Assembly (NCBI GenBank): GCA_037200965.1
Contig: JBBCGK010000001.1
Span: 352,001-416,000 of the forward strand
Source: a bacterium
Lineage (GTDB): Bacteria; Patescibacteriota; Minisyncoccia; Phycocordibacterales; Phycocordibacteraceae
Reading direction: 5' to 3'
DNA: 64,000 nucleotides
Below, one piece after another: positions 27,000 to 35,424 of this stretch. The notes under the pieces are model-generated. The model had not been told where the DNA came from, ran no database searches, and saw only the letters and a list, made by a program, of their open reading frames with translations. Made by a program: the position numbers and the translations under genes. How positions within the stretch are numbered: the first letter of the stretch is position 1; each line of letters begins with the position of its first letter.

Positions 27000-27329
27000 G
27001 TCGGATAACCGAATTAACTACAGTTTATATGGACTTTCCGGAATAAACTCCAAATTGTATGTGGATAAGGAAAATAAGGTTTTCTGAATTACCGTATCCG
27101 CAATCACTAACAAAATGGTCGGGGCAAGTTGACGATAAATTGAGCACGCGAAGCATGGTTGGTATGAAAATTGTACCGACTTCTGCAACGAAAATTGCGT
27201 ATTTTAGAGGCCGAAAAAAATATAACCTTCGCCTACAGCGTAGTTTTGTAAGTTTTCTGCAATTAAATCACCTTAAACAACCGCATCAAACCAGTAATGC
27301 AACCTCGCTTATACGAGATATAATACCCT
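27000..27329. promoter_or_regulatory. 330-bp AT-rich (about 37% GC) non-coding region immediately upstream of the giant gene
   Basis: No ORF of 60 aa or more. Composition contrasts sharply with flanking 60-65% GC coding DNA. Likely promoter/regulatory region; individual promoter boxes not resolved. Confidence 0.45.
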
Positions 27330-28169
27330 TTATTTGTTAGTCTTTTCGTACTGCTCTGCTCCGTTTAGAAACTGTATGAGGTTCGCCTGTAAGCCATCGT
27401 TAGCTGCTATAAAATCGAGTTTGCCTGTACCGATTATCGCTATCAGTACCGCAATACCGGCTGCGGTTAGCATGAGCGAGCTCAGTACATAATGCCCTTT
27501 CTTAACCTCCTTACGCTTTGCTGGAGCAAGCTCGTGTCGTGTTTCCGAAACAATGTATGTGTCCACGGGCTCAAAATCGTTTCCTGAGGAGATTTGCTCT
27601 TCGTTCCGAGAGATATGTAAGGTTATCGATGTAGCCTCTTCTATAGGCTCTGGCGCGGCTACAGGCCCTTCTTCAAAGGTTTCCGGTTCTGAAATAGGGA
27701 CGTTTTGCGATTCCTGCGGCCCGACTCGATTAATAAACCAGTCTTGCCAGGCTGACTGTATGTCCTGAAGCGCGCTTTGAGTCTCTGCTGCGGGAATTTC
27801 ACGTACTTCTGTCTGCTCTGATTCTTCTGAAGAGAGGAGGTTTACGCCGGGACTTTCGGTTGGAACTTCAAAAATACTCGGTACTTCCTCACTACTATAG
27901 CGAGGTGAGCCCCAAGCGGGACTTGCAGCTTTTTCCAAACCGCTTTGTTCCTCCTTAGGTCCTTGTGCACCACTTGAAACCTCTGCCTGCTTCCCAAAAC
28001 GATGCTCGCGAATGGCGGATTCAAGAACGTACCAGCTGCGTCCAACAAGCGTTGCCGTCACCCTCCCTTCACGGGCAAGTTGACCGACATAATCCTTGGC
28101 ATATCCCGTAATTTCCGACGCTCGCTTAGACGAGATAAACGTCTGATTTCCTATAAGTAACTCATTCAT
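27330..28169 (-). CDS. HTH-domain membrane protein (279 aa): N-terminal excisionase/MerR-type HTH, acidic disordered linker, C-terminal TM helix; paralogous to the giant-protein N-terminus
   Basis: ATG at 28169 gives MNELLIGNQTFISSKRASEITGYAKDYVGQLAREGRVTATLVGRSWYVLESAIREH. This shares ISxKxA...GYxxDY...L...G...VGRxWxV with the giant protein. TM at GHYVLSSLMLTAAGIAVLIAIIGTG. About 50% GC, lower than its neighbours. Confidence 0.7.
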   Translation of the reverse strand: MNELLIGNQTFISSKRASEITGYAKDYVGQLAREGRVTATLVGRSWYVLESAIREHRFGKQAEVSSGAQGPKEEQSGLEKAASPAWGSPRYSSEEVPSIFEVPTESPGVNLLSSEESEQTEVREIPAAETQSALQDIQSAWQDWFINRVGPQESQNVPISEPETFEEGPVAAPEPIEEATSITLHISRNEEQISSGNDFEPVDTYIVSETRHELAPAKRKEVKKGHYVLSSLMLTAAGIAVLIAIIGTGKLDFIAANDGLQANLIQFLNGAEQYEKTNK

Positions 28170-28257
28170 GCACTTAGTATATAGGTATCTCGTCCCGTAT
28201 AGAAGAGGTTGTACACAAGCACCGAAAAAGCTGAAAATCCATCCGAATTTAGAGTCT

Positions 28258-29679
28258 TTACCTCGCAAGTTCCGTCGCGAGAAGGTCGCGCAGCTTCCCC
28301 GGATTCCCGGCACCTTTGGTCGCTTTCATGGCAGCACCCACAAGAAACTGGAGTGAGGCCTCCTTCCCTGCACGGTACTGCGCCACCACCTCCGGGTTCG
28401 CCCCAATGACTCCGCGGACCGCTTCGGCAAGTACGTTTTCATCATGAACCTGAATAAGGCCTTTTTCCGTCGCTATCGCCATGGGCTCACCGCCCGAGAC
28501 GTACATCTCCATGAGTACGTCCTTTGCCCCCCGGGAAGAGACATCTCCGGCCTTTATCATCCGCATAAGGGCAAGGAAAGAGGTGGTGGAAAGATTTTCC
28601 TGACTCCCGCGCGCATCGGCATCCTTAAGCAACCCGACGATATCAGACGCGATGTAGTTTCCGGCAAGCCGCATGAGGTCGGCGTCACTGCCCGTAAGTT
28701 CCGCCACGCCCTCGAACATTGCGCGCAGGAACTTGTTTTCTTCCTGCAAAAACATCTCGACTGTCTCCGGCTTGAGGCCAAGCGATACATAGCGTTCGCG
28801 GCGAATCCACGGCAGTTCCGGAAGCGACGCGGCAAGCGCGTCGTATGAGAACTCTGGAACTTCGGACAGAACGAGCTTTGGAAGATCGGGCTCCGGAAAA
28901 TACCGATAGTCGGCGCTTCCCTCCTTAAAGCGCTGGTGAAAAGTCTCCTGCTTCGTCTCGTCCCAGCCACGCGTCTCCTGTACTACCTTCCCTCCCGAGT
29001 CGATAAGTTTGGACTGACGGTCGAGCTCGTACGCGATCGCGCGCTCGACCGAACGGAACGAGTTTAGATTTTTCACTTCAACTTTCGTGCCGAAGGCATC
29101 GGAATCCGATACCGAGATATTCGCCTCGATACGCATCTCACCTTGCTCGAGATTCGCATCAGAGGCTCCGAGCGTCCGCAACAGAAGCTGCAGCTCGCGC
29201 GCGAATGCCCCGGCTGTTTCGGCATCATGTATCACTGGCTCGGTGACGAGCTCCATGAGCGGAACGCCCGCTCGATTAAAATCGACAAGACTTTTATCGC
29301 CGCCGTGCGTCGAGCGCGCAGTATCCTCTTCAAGATGCACGCGTGTGATCGCAACGCCGTTGAGGCTTCCGCCCGAAACGAGCGGATGCTCGTACTGGCT
29401 TATCTGATATCCCTTCGGAATGTCCGGATAGAAATAACTCTTGCGGTCGAACTCGCTGAAGTCGGCAAGCGTTGCGCCAAGCGCGGTCCCCACGCGAAGC
29501 ACGTGCCGTACAGCCTCCTTGTTGATGGTCGGAAGCGTTCCCGGATGCGCGAGACAGATAGGACAGATATTCACGTTCGGCCGTACTTCCCGGGAATCGT
29601 TCTTCGAATCACAAAACATCTTGGTCCGAGTTTTGAGCTCGGCATGGACCTCAAGGCCGATGGTCGGGCGGTACTTCAT
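28258..29679 (-). CDS. gatB: Asp-tRNA(Asn)/Glu-tRNA(Gln) amidotransferase subunit B
   Basis: MKYRPTIGLEVHAELKTRTKMFC and the C-terminal GatB/YqeY region are recognisable. ATG at 29679. Confidence 0.9.
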   Translation of the reverse strand: MKYRPTIGLEVHAELKTRTKMFCDSKNDSREVRPNVNICPICLAHPGTLPTINKEAVRHVLRVGTALGATLADFSEFDRKSYFYPDIPKGYQISQYEHPLVSGGSLNGVAITRVHLEEDTARSTHGGDKSLVDFNRAGVPLMELVTEPVIHDAETAGAFARELQLLLRTLGASDANLEQGEMRIEANISVSDSDAFGTKVEVKNLNSFRSVERAIAYELDRQSKLIDSGGKVVQETRGWDETKQETFHQRFKEGSADYRYFPEPDLPKLVLSEVPEFSYDALAASLPELPWIRRERYVSLGLKPETVEMFLQEENKFLRAMFEGVAELTGSDADLMRLAGNYIASDIVGLLKDADARGSQENLSTTSFLALMRMIKAGDVSSRGAKDVLMEMYVSGGEPMAIATEKGLIQVHDENVLAEAVRGVIGANPEVVAQYRAGKEASLQFLVGAAMKATKGAGNPGKLRDLLATELAR

Positions 29680-29695
29680 TAACCCCAATCTAGCA

Positions 29696-30676
29696 CTACT
29701 CTCTTGAGCGCAGAAGCATGGAAAGGCGGTCGGAGAAAGCTTTAAGAAGCGTGTCGTCGGCTATGGAAAGAGGAAGAACTTCAGCTCCGCTGGCCTCCCT
29801 GAGAGCCTTTACGCGCACCTCGATCTCCCCTTTCGAATCAATCAGGTCGGTTTTTGAGAGTACGACGAATTCCCTTTTCCCCTCGAGCTCGCGTCCGAAG
29901 CCTTTGAGCTCGTCCCGCACCACCCTATAGGCCGCAACCACGTCATCTTGCTCAGCCGAGACAAGATGTACAAGAAATCCGGTGCGCTCGATATGTTTTA
30001 GGAATTTGGTACCGAGACCTCGGCCAGACGAGGCTCCTTCGATAAGGCCCGGGACGTCGGCAAGAATGAAGCCATAGAAGTCACCAAGGTTCGGCTCAAG
30101 GGTGGTGAAGGCATAGGCGCCGACTTTGGACTTTGAGCTGGTAAGTGCGTTGAGGAGCGAGGACTTCCCTGCGTTCGGGAAGCCTATGAGACCCGCGTCC
30201 GCGATAAGTTTGAGGGTCAGTTCGATATCCCCAGCCTCTCCCGGTTTCCCCGGCGTTGCCCGGTCAGGATTCCTATTCTCGCCGCTTTTAAAGTGAGGGT
30301 TGCCAAAGCCTCCGGCACCCCCGCGAAGGATTACGATTCTCTGTCCTTCCTCGAGAATTTCGTACTCTTCCTTTGTCGTGCGATTTTTCGCGACGGTACC
30401 CACCGGCACCCTGAGTATCGCCGGCTCCCCGTCCGCACCGTGTTTGTCGTTATTACCGCCCGCCTCCCCGTCACCCGCACGGACTTTTTTCGTGAATCGA
30501 TAGGTTGCGAGCTGTGCGAGGTCGCGTACGCCTTCAAGTATCACGTCACCCCCCTTCCCGCCGTCTCCTCCGGACGGCCCCCCCTTGTCTTTCCCAAACG
30601 CATGGAGCCACCGGACGACTCCGTCGCCTCCCCTCCCCGCTTTCGCCTGCACCCGAACCTCGTCTACGAATGCCAT
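29696..30676 (-). CDS. obg: GTPase Obg/CgtA (short form lacking C-terminal OCT domain)
   Basis: Gly-rich Obg fold (GGDGGKGGDV), then G-domain GFPNAGKSSLL (G1) and DVPGLIEGAS (G3). Confidence 0.85.
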   Translation of the reverse strand: MAFVDEVRVQAKAGRGGDGVVRWLHAFGKDKGGPSGGDGGKGGDVILEGVRDLAQLATYRFTKKVRAGDGEAGGNNDKHGADGEPAILRVPVGTVAKNRTTKEEYEILEEGQRIVILRGGAGGFGNPHFKSGENRNPDRATPGKPGEAGDIELTLKLIADAGLIGFPNAGKSSLLNALTSSKSKVGAYAFTTLEPNLGDFYGFILADVPGLIEGASSGRGLGTKFLKHIERTGFLVHLVSAEQDDVVAAYRVVRDELKGFGRELEGKREFVVLSKTDLIDSKGEIEVRVKALREASGAEVLPLSIADDTLLKAFSDRLSMLLRSRE

Positions 30677-30700
30677 ATGGATTCACCCTAACACACTCTT

Positions 30701-30728
30701 TTCACCCACGCTCGTATCATGGTATAAT
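30701..30728 (+). promoter_or_regulatory. candidate promoter for mntA/hepT: -35 TTCACC, 16-bp spacer, extended -10 TGgTATAAT; start codon 7 nt downstream (leaderless)
   Basis: tgg-TATAAT at 30720-30728; ATG at 30735. Confidence 0.4.
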
Positions 30729-30734
30729 GTATCT

Positions 30735-31022
30735 ATGCAAACGATTGACTCAATAAAAAAGAAGGCGGCGGCGGTGCTGCCTGATTATGGTGTAACGGAG
30801 GCATACTTATTCGGTTCCCTCGCGCGAGGTGACGGACGTGAAGATAGCGACGTCGATATTCTCGTACGATTCGATGGTGTACGCGGACTTTTCGCATTTG
30901 TTGCGGCTAAACTCGCGATGGAGGAAGCGCTTGGAGGCTGCTCCGTCGATCTGGTGCAGATAGACGCGCTTCGTCCGGAGTTCCGGGCCGATATAGAGCG
31001 CGAGAAGATACGGCTGTTCTAA
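30735..31022 (+). CDS. mntA: MntA-type nucleotidyltransferase antitoxin (type VII toxin-antitoxin)
   Basis: MQTIDSIKKK...; the motif GSLARGDGREDSDVDILV corresponds to the minimal nucleotidyltransferase GS...DxD signature. Immediately upstream of the HepT-like gene. Confidence 0.75.
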   Translation: MQTIDSIKKKAAAVLPDYGVTEAYLFGSLARGDGREDSDVDILVRFDGVRGLFAFVAAKLAMEEALGGCSVDLVQIDALRPEFRADIEREKIRLF

Positions 31023-31026
31023 ACCT

Positions 31027-31377
31027 ATGGGAAAGGATGTCCGGGTTTATTTGCACGACATACTCGAATACAGCGACCGTATTATCGCAAGCATCGGGCA
31101 GGTAACGTTTGATGAGTTCCGAAACAGCCTCGATCTTCAGGACGCTACGATGCGGCGATTCGAAGTTGTCGGCGAAGCTGTAAAACGCGTACCGGAAGCG
31201 GTGCGCGTCCGATATCCAGATATCGAATGGGCACAAGCGACCGGATTCCGTGATGTGCTTGCCCATGACTATACTGAAATCGTCATCGACGATCTATTTT
31301 TCACCGCGAAAAACGACCTCCCTGTATTTCGCGAGCAGATTCGGCAGGTACTCGAGGAGCTGAAGGCTAAAGATTAG
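31027..31377 (+). CDS. hepT: HepT-like (DUF86) RNase toxin
   Basis: Rx4HxY motif present as FRDVLAHDY. Size and genetic pairing with mntA. Confidence 0.75.
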   Translation: MGKDVRVYLHDILEYSDRIIASIGQVTFDEFRNSLDLQDATMRRFEVVGEAVKRVPEAVRVRYPDIEWAQATGFRDVLAHDYTEIVIDDLFFTAKNDLPVFREQIRQVLEELKAKD

Positions 31378-31533
31378 CGGATTCAATTTACTCAATACGG
31401 ACGAGCCACGCCGCATCATCAAGACGCGACCATTCGTCCGCAATGACAAGGCCTTCTTTTTTGCCTTTTATATATCCTTCTTTGAGGCGCTTGTACAATT
31501 CCGCGCGGGGCATAAAGGTGAATATCGCTCTCA

Positions 31534-34071
31534 CTATTCAGTACTCATTACCCATCCCTCCTTAAGAAGAGATTCTGCTTTCTTATACTTCATCGTCTGC
31601 GTCTCATCTCCCTTTCTGATAGTTACCATGTCGTTCCTGCCCGGAGTCGAACCCTTCACGATCGTGGCCGGTGCGCTTGTGCCGTTTCCCGCGGATTCGC
31701 TCCCGCCCGCGGCCATAAGCTGCGCGCGAACTCTCTCCTCTTCGGCGCGGATGCGCGCGGCCTCGGCCGGGATGATGCGCGGAAGCGCCTGCCGCACGGC
31801 CTCGGCGATGCTCGCCTCCATGTGCCGGAATCGCGCAAGCCCTTCCTTCCTGTATTCGATGAGCGGGTCTCTCTGGCCATAGGCACGAAGGGATACGGAA
31901 CGGCGGAGGTATTCCATGGTCTCCAGCTGCTCGAGCCAGAAGGCATCGGTGACCTGGAGGACAAGCCTGCGAAGAAGCTGCACGAAATCCTCCTGACCGT
32001 ACTCGGCGCGCTTCGCTTCGTACGCTGCCTGCGCCGCTTCGTCGCCCATGATGAGTTCGAGTACGAGCGCTTCGATGTCCTCGGCGCTTCCCGTGAGTGC
32101 GGCACGGCGGCGGGCATAGACCGCGAGGCGCTGGGTGTTCATCACGTCGTCGTACGCGAGCACCTGCTTGCGGGAATCGAAGTTGAAACCTTCGATGCGC
32201 TTCTGCGCGGTCTCAAGCGTCGAGGTGATCATGGAGCTCTCGATCGGCTCGTCCTCGGGAATGCCGAACGTGCCCATGACTCTCTTTATGGTATCCGCCG
32301 CAAAGACCCGCATGAGCTTGTCTTCAAGCGATACGAAGAATCTCGTCTCGCCCGCGTCTCCCTGGCGTCCGGCACGACCCCGAAGCTGGTTGTCGATGCG
32401 GCGCGCCTCATGCCGCTCGGTGCCGATGACCGCGAGGCCGCCAAGCGCGACGACCTCCTCGCGCTCCTCGGGAAGCGCCGGAACGCCCCCGAGCTTGATG
32501 TCGACGCCGCGTCCGGCCATGTTGGTCGCGACGGTCACCTTCCCCTTCCGGCCCGCCTGCGCGATGATCTCTCCTTCGCGTTCGTGGTTCTTCGCATTCA
32601 GCATCTCGTGCGGGACTCCCGCGTTCGTAAGATAGGCGCTCACGATCTCGTTATCCTCGATCGAGACGGTGCCGACGAGGACCGGCTGGCCCTTCCCGTG
32701 GAGTTCCTTGATGTATTTCGCGACCGCCGCGTACTTCCCCGCCGCGGTCTGGTAGATGAGGTCGTTGTGGTCGGCGCGCTTCGTAGGCCTGTTGGTCGGA
32801 ATCACGACCACCTCGAGCCCGTACACGGTATAAAACTCCTCTTCGGACGAGAGCGCGGTGCCGGTCATGCCCGCAAGCGCGTCATACATGCGGAAATAGT
32901 TCTGGAAGGTCACGCTCGCGTACGTGCGCGTCTCCCGCTGCACCGCGACGCCTTCCTTGGCTTCGACCGCCTGATGAAGCCCTTCGGACCAGCGCCGGCC
33001 CGGCTGAAGGCGCCCGGTGAATTCGTCGACGATCACGACCTCCCCGTCCTTGACCACATACTCCTTATCATTATGAAAGAGCGCCTTGGCGCGCACGGCC
33101 GTCTCAAGATGGTGCGCGTATTTCATGCCGCCTTCGGTATACAGATTTTCGAGACCGAGCACCTTCTCGGCCTTCCCGATGCCTTCTTCGGTGATCTGGA
33201 TCGCCCGCTGCTTCTCGTCGATGGTATAGTCCTCACCTTCCTTGAACCCTTCGACGATCTTCGCGAAGCGCACGTAGAGGTCTCCCGATTCCGCGGCCGG
33301 ACCCGAGATGATGAGCGGGGTACGCGCCTCGTCGATAAGGATAGAGTCGACCTCGTCGACGATGGCGTAGTGGTGCCCGCGCTGGGAAATCTGGGAAGCG
33401 TCGTAGGCGGTGTTGTCGCGCAGATAATCGAAGCCCAGCTCGTTATTGGTCGCGTAGGTGACATCCGCCGCGTACGCCTCCTTCTTGGTCGCGGGTCGGA
33501 GATAGTCGTAGAACACCCGGAAGGAGCCAAGTTCGTCGCGCGCCTTGTCTTCCTCCTTCTCGACGTGCGATTCGTCGTAGAGATAGCTCCCGCCTGAGGT
33601 GACGACGCCCACCGTTATGCCGAGATAGGCGTATACCTGCCCCATCCAAGTCGCGTCGCGCCTGGCGAGGAAATCGTTCACCGTGACGATATGCACGCCC
33701 TTGCCTGCAAGCGCCCGAAGCACCGCCGGAAGCGTCGCGACCAGGGTCTTGCCTTCTCCGGTGCGCATTTCGGCGATCTTGCCGCGCGCAAGCGCGAGAC
33801 CGCCGATAAGCTGCACGTCGAAATGCCGTTCGTTTCGCGTCCTGCGGGCCGCTTCCCGCACGATGGCGAAGACTTCCGCGATAGCCTCGTCCGAGGGCTT
33901 TCCGTCCGCAACGCGCGTCCGAAGACCCTCAAGCCGGGCCGCAAGCGCTTCCCGAGGAAGCTCCAGAAGCTCGGATTCGAGCGCATTTGCCCGCGCAACC
34001 ACGGGCGCGGCTTCCTTCAGGAATCCTGCGGACTGGTTGCGGGAGAAGAGCCGGTTGAGGATATTGGCCAT
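31534..34071 (-). CDS. secA: preprotein translocase ATPase SecA
   Basis: 845 aa with DEAD-like motor motifs (MRTGEGKTLVATL, DEVDSILIDEARTPLIISG). ATG at 34071. Confidence 0.9.
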   Translation of the reverse strand: MANILNRLFSRNQSAGFLKEAAPVVARANALESELLELPREALAARLEGLRTRVADGKPSDEAIAEVFAIVREAARRTRNERHFDVQLIGGLALARGKIAEMRTGEGKTLVATLPAVLRALAGKGVHIVTVNDFLARRDATWMGQVYAYLGITVGVVTSGGSYLYDESHVEKEEDKARDELGSFRVFYDYLRPATKKEAYAADVTYATNNELGFDYLRDNTAYDASQISQRGHHYAIVDEVDSILIDEARTPLIISGPAAESGDLYVRFAKIVEGFKEGEDYTIDEKQRAIQITEEGIGKAEKVLGLENLYTEGGMKYAHHLETAVRAKALFHNDKEYVVKDGEVVIVDEFTGRLQPGRRWSEGLHQAVEAKEGVAVQRETRTYASVTFQNYFRMYDALAGMTGTALSSEEEFYTVYGLEVVVIPTNRPTKRADHNDLIYQTAAGKYAAVAKYIKELHGKGQPVLVGTVSIEDNEIVSAYLTNAGVPHEMLNAKNHEREGEIIAQAGRKGKVTVATNMAGRGVDIKLGGVPALPEEREEVVALGGLAVIGTERHEARRIDNQLRGRAGRQGDAGETRFFVSLEDKLMRVFAADTIKRVMGTFGIPEDEPIESSMITSTLETAQKRIEGFNFDSRKQVLAYDDVMNTQRLAVYARRRAALTGSAEDIEALVLELIMGDEAAQAAYEAKRAEYGQEDFVQLLRRLVLQVTDAFWLEQLETMEYLRRSVSLRAYGQRDPLIEYRKEGLARFRHMEASIAEAVRQALPRIIPAEAARIRAEEERVRAQLMAAGGSESAGNGTSAPATIVKGSTPGRNDMVTIRKGDETQTMKYKKAESLLKEGWVMSTE

Positions 34072-34083
34072 GAATCGACACTA

Positions 34084-34112
34084 TAACGCGAAAAGCCTCC
34101 TTGTGGGAGGCT
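34084..34112. terminator. perfect hairpin GAAAAGCCTCC-ttgtg-GGAGGCTTTTC between a small Lys-rich ORF and secA
   Basis: 11-bp stem with a TTTTC tail on both strands. Confidence 0.4.
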
Positions 34113-34152
34113 TTTCGCTCTAGATCGGTTCCGCCCGAAGGGCGTTGCCAAA

Positions 34153-34248
34153 CTATTTGCGGCGCTTTGCGGCCTTGCGCTTTGCAGGCTTCTTTGCCTT
34201 CGACTTCTTCGAAGTCTTCTTGGCTGCCTTCTTCATTTTCTTTGCCAT
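34153..34248 (-). CDS. hypothetical 31-aa lysine-rich basic peptide
   Basis: MAKKMKKAAKKTSKKSKAKKPAKRKAAKRRK. ATG at 34248, followed by the 34084-34112 hairpin. No homology assignable from sequence alone. Confidence 0.3.
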   Translation of the reverse strand: MAKKMKKAAKKTSKKSKAKKPAKRKAAKRRK

Positions 34249-34383
34249 GGTGTTTCGTAAATTAATTTCTTGCTCATCGACCCATCCACGCGAGAAATAA
34301 TTCACGCATGAATGTTTCTAATGAACAGTATCGCGCGTAATAACTTTTTGTGTGAGCGAAAAAACAAAAGTGTGGATAACTTT

Positions 34384-35424
34384 TTATCCGAACGCGCGCA
34401 CTTCGCGCACGACAACGATGCCGGTAGCGTCAAAAACTTTTTTCGCGATCATATCGGCGAACGCTTCCACATCCGCCGCGGTCGCGCCGTCCTCGGCGAC
34501 GAGCACGAGCGCTTGCTTCTCGAAAAGGCGCACGCGCTTCTCCCGGAAACCCCGGAGTCCGAGTACGTGATCCAGAAGCCACGCAAGCGGCACCTTAAGA
34601 TCGCTGGTTTCCGGCATGGAGAACAGCGGCATTTCCGGGTAGCGCGCCTGAAGCGCACGGGCATGTGTTTCGGGAAGGATCGGGTTCTCGAAAAACGACC
34701 CCGCAGTACCTTCCTTCGAGAGGTCGGGGAACTTATCGGCACGAATGGACAGGATGGCCGTCCGGATATCGGCGAGCGTCGGGGCCGGATTCTCCCCGAG
34801 CACCCGCGCGACATCTTTATAGGAGCGGTTCGGATCCCGGTACGAGAAATTCGGCGCCGGAACGCTCGAAAGCGTGAACGTCGCGCGCATGATGACGTGT
34901 TTCCTTCCCTCGTGCTTAAAGAAACTGTCGCGGTATCCGAACCGGCATTCATCGCGGGTGTATATTCGGGACGCAAGGAGCGCAGTATCGAACGCTTCCG
35001 CGCGTACAAGCGTCCCGGAGAGCGCGGCCCCGTACGCGCCTATATTTTGTACGACGGCGCCGCCGACGGTACCCGGAATCCCGGAAAGATTCTCAAGACC
35101 CCACAGGCAGCGCAGGACGCATATGCGTACGAGTTCGTCCCACAGGATTCCCGCTCCGGCCGTGACTTCGACGCTGCCGCTTCGAAGCTCAGAAAACGTG
35201 ACGCCCGGAATCCGCGGACGAAGGACGACGCCTGGGTATCCCGCATCGCGCGCAAGCACGTTCGATCCTCCGCCTAGTATGAAAACGGGAAGGCCGAGCT
35301 TGCGGGCTTCAAGAACCGCTGTTTCGATATCTTCTCCGGTATCGCAGTCGATGACGAAGCGCGCGTCACCGCCGATCCTGAGGGTGGTGAGATTCCGAAG
35401 CGAGACGTTCTCCCGGATCGTCAT
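34384..35424 (-). CDS. murB: UDP-N-acetylenolpyruvoylglucosamine reductase
   Basis: FAD-binding N-terminus (LTTLRIGGDARFVI...ILGGGSNVL) and MurB C-terminal domain. Its start ATG overlaps the stop of the upstream gene (ATGA). Confidence 0.85.
   Translation of the reverse strand: MTIRENVSLRNLTTLRIGGDARFVIDCDTGEDIETAVLEARKLGLPVFILGGGSNVLARDAGYPGVVLRPRIPGVTFSELRSGSVEVTAGAGILWDELVRICVLRCLWGLENLSGIPGTVGGAVVQNIGAYGAALSGTLVRAEAFDTALLASRIYTRDECRFGYRDSFFKHEGRKHVIMRATFTLSSVPAPNFSYRDPNRSYKDVARVLGENPAPTLADIRTAILSIRADKFPDLSKEGTAGSFFENPILPETHARALQARYPEMPLFSMPETSDLKVPLAWLLDHVLGLRGFREKRVRLFEKQALVLVAEDGATAADVEAFADMIAKKVFDATGIVVVREVRAFG

Noticed and set aside
26998-27087. 29-codon plus-strand ORF with a perfect AAGGAGG Shine-Dalgarno overlapping the giant gene start
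   Set aside because: The SD-like sequence is the complement of giant-gene codons (LKENL...). Peptide is unremarkable; probably coincidental.
31822-33597. 591-aa plus-strand ORF antisense to secA
   Set aside because: secA on the minus strand is unambiguous. The antisense frame is a GC-rich shadow.
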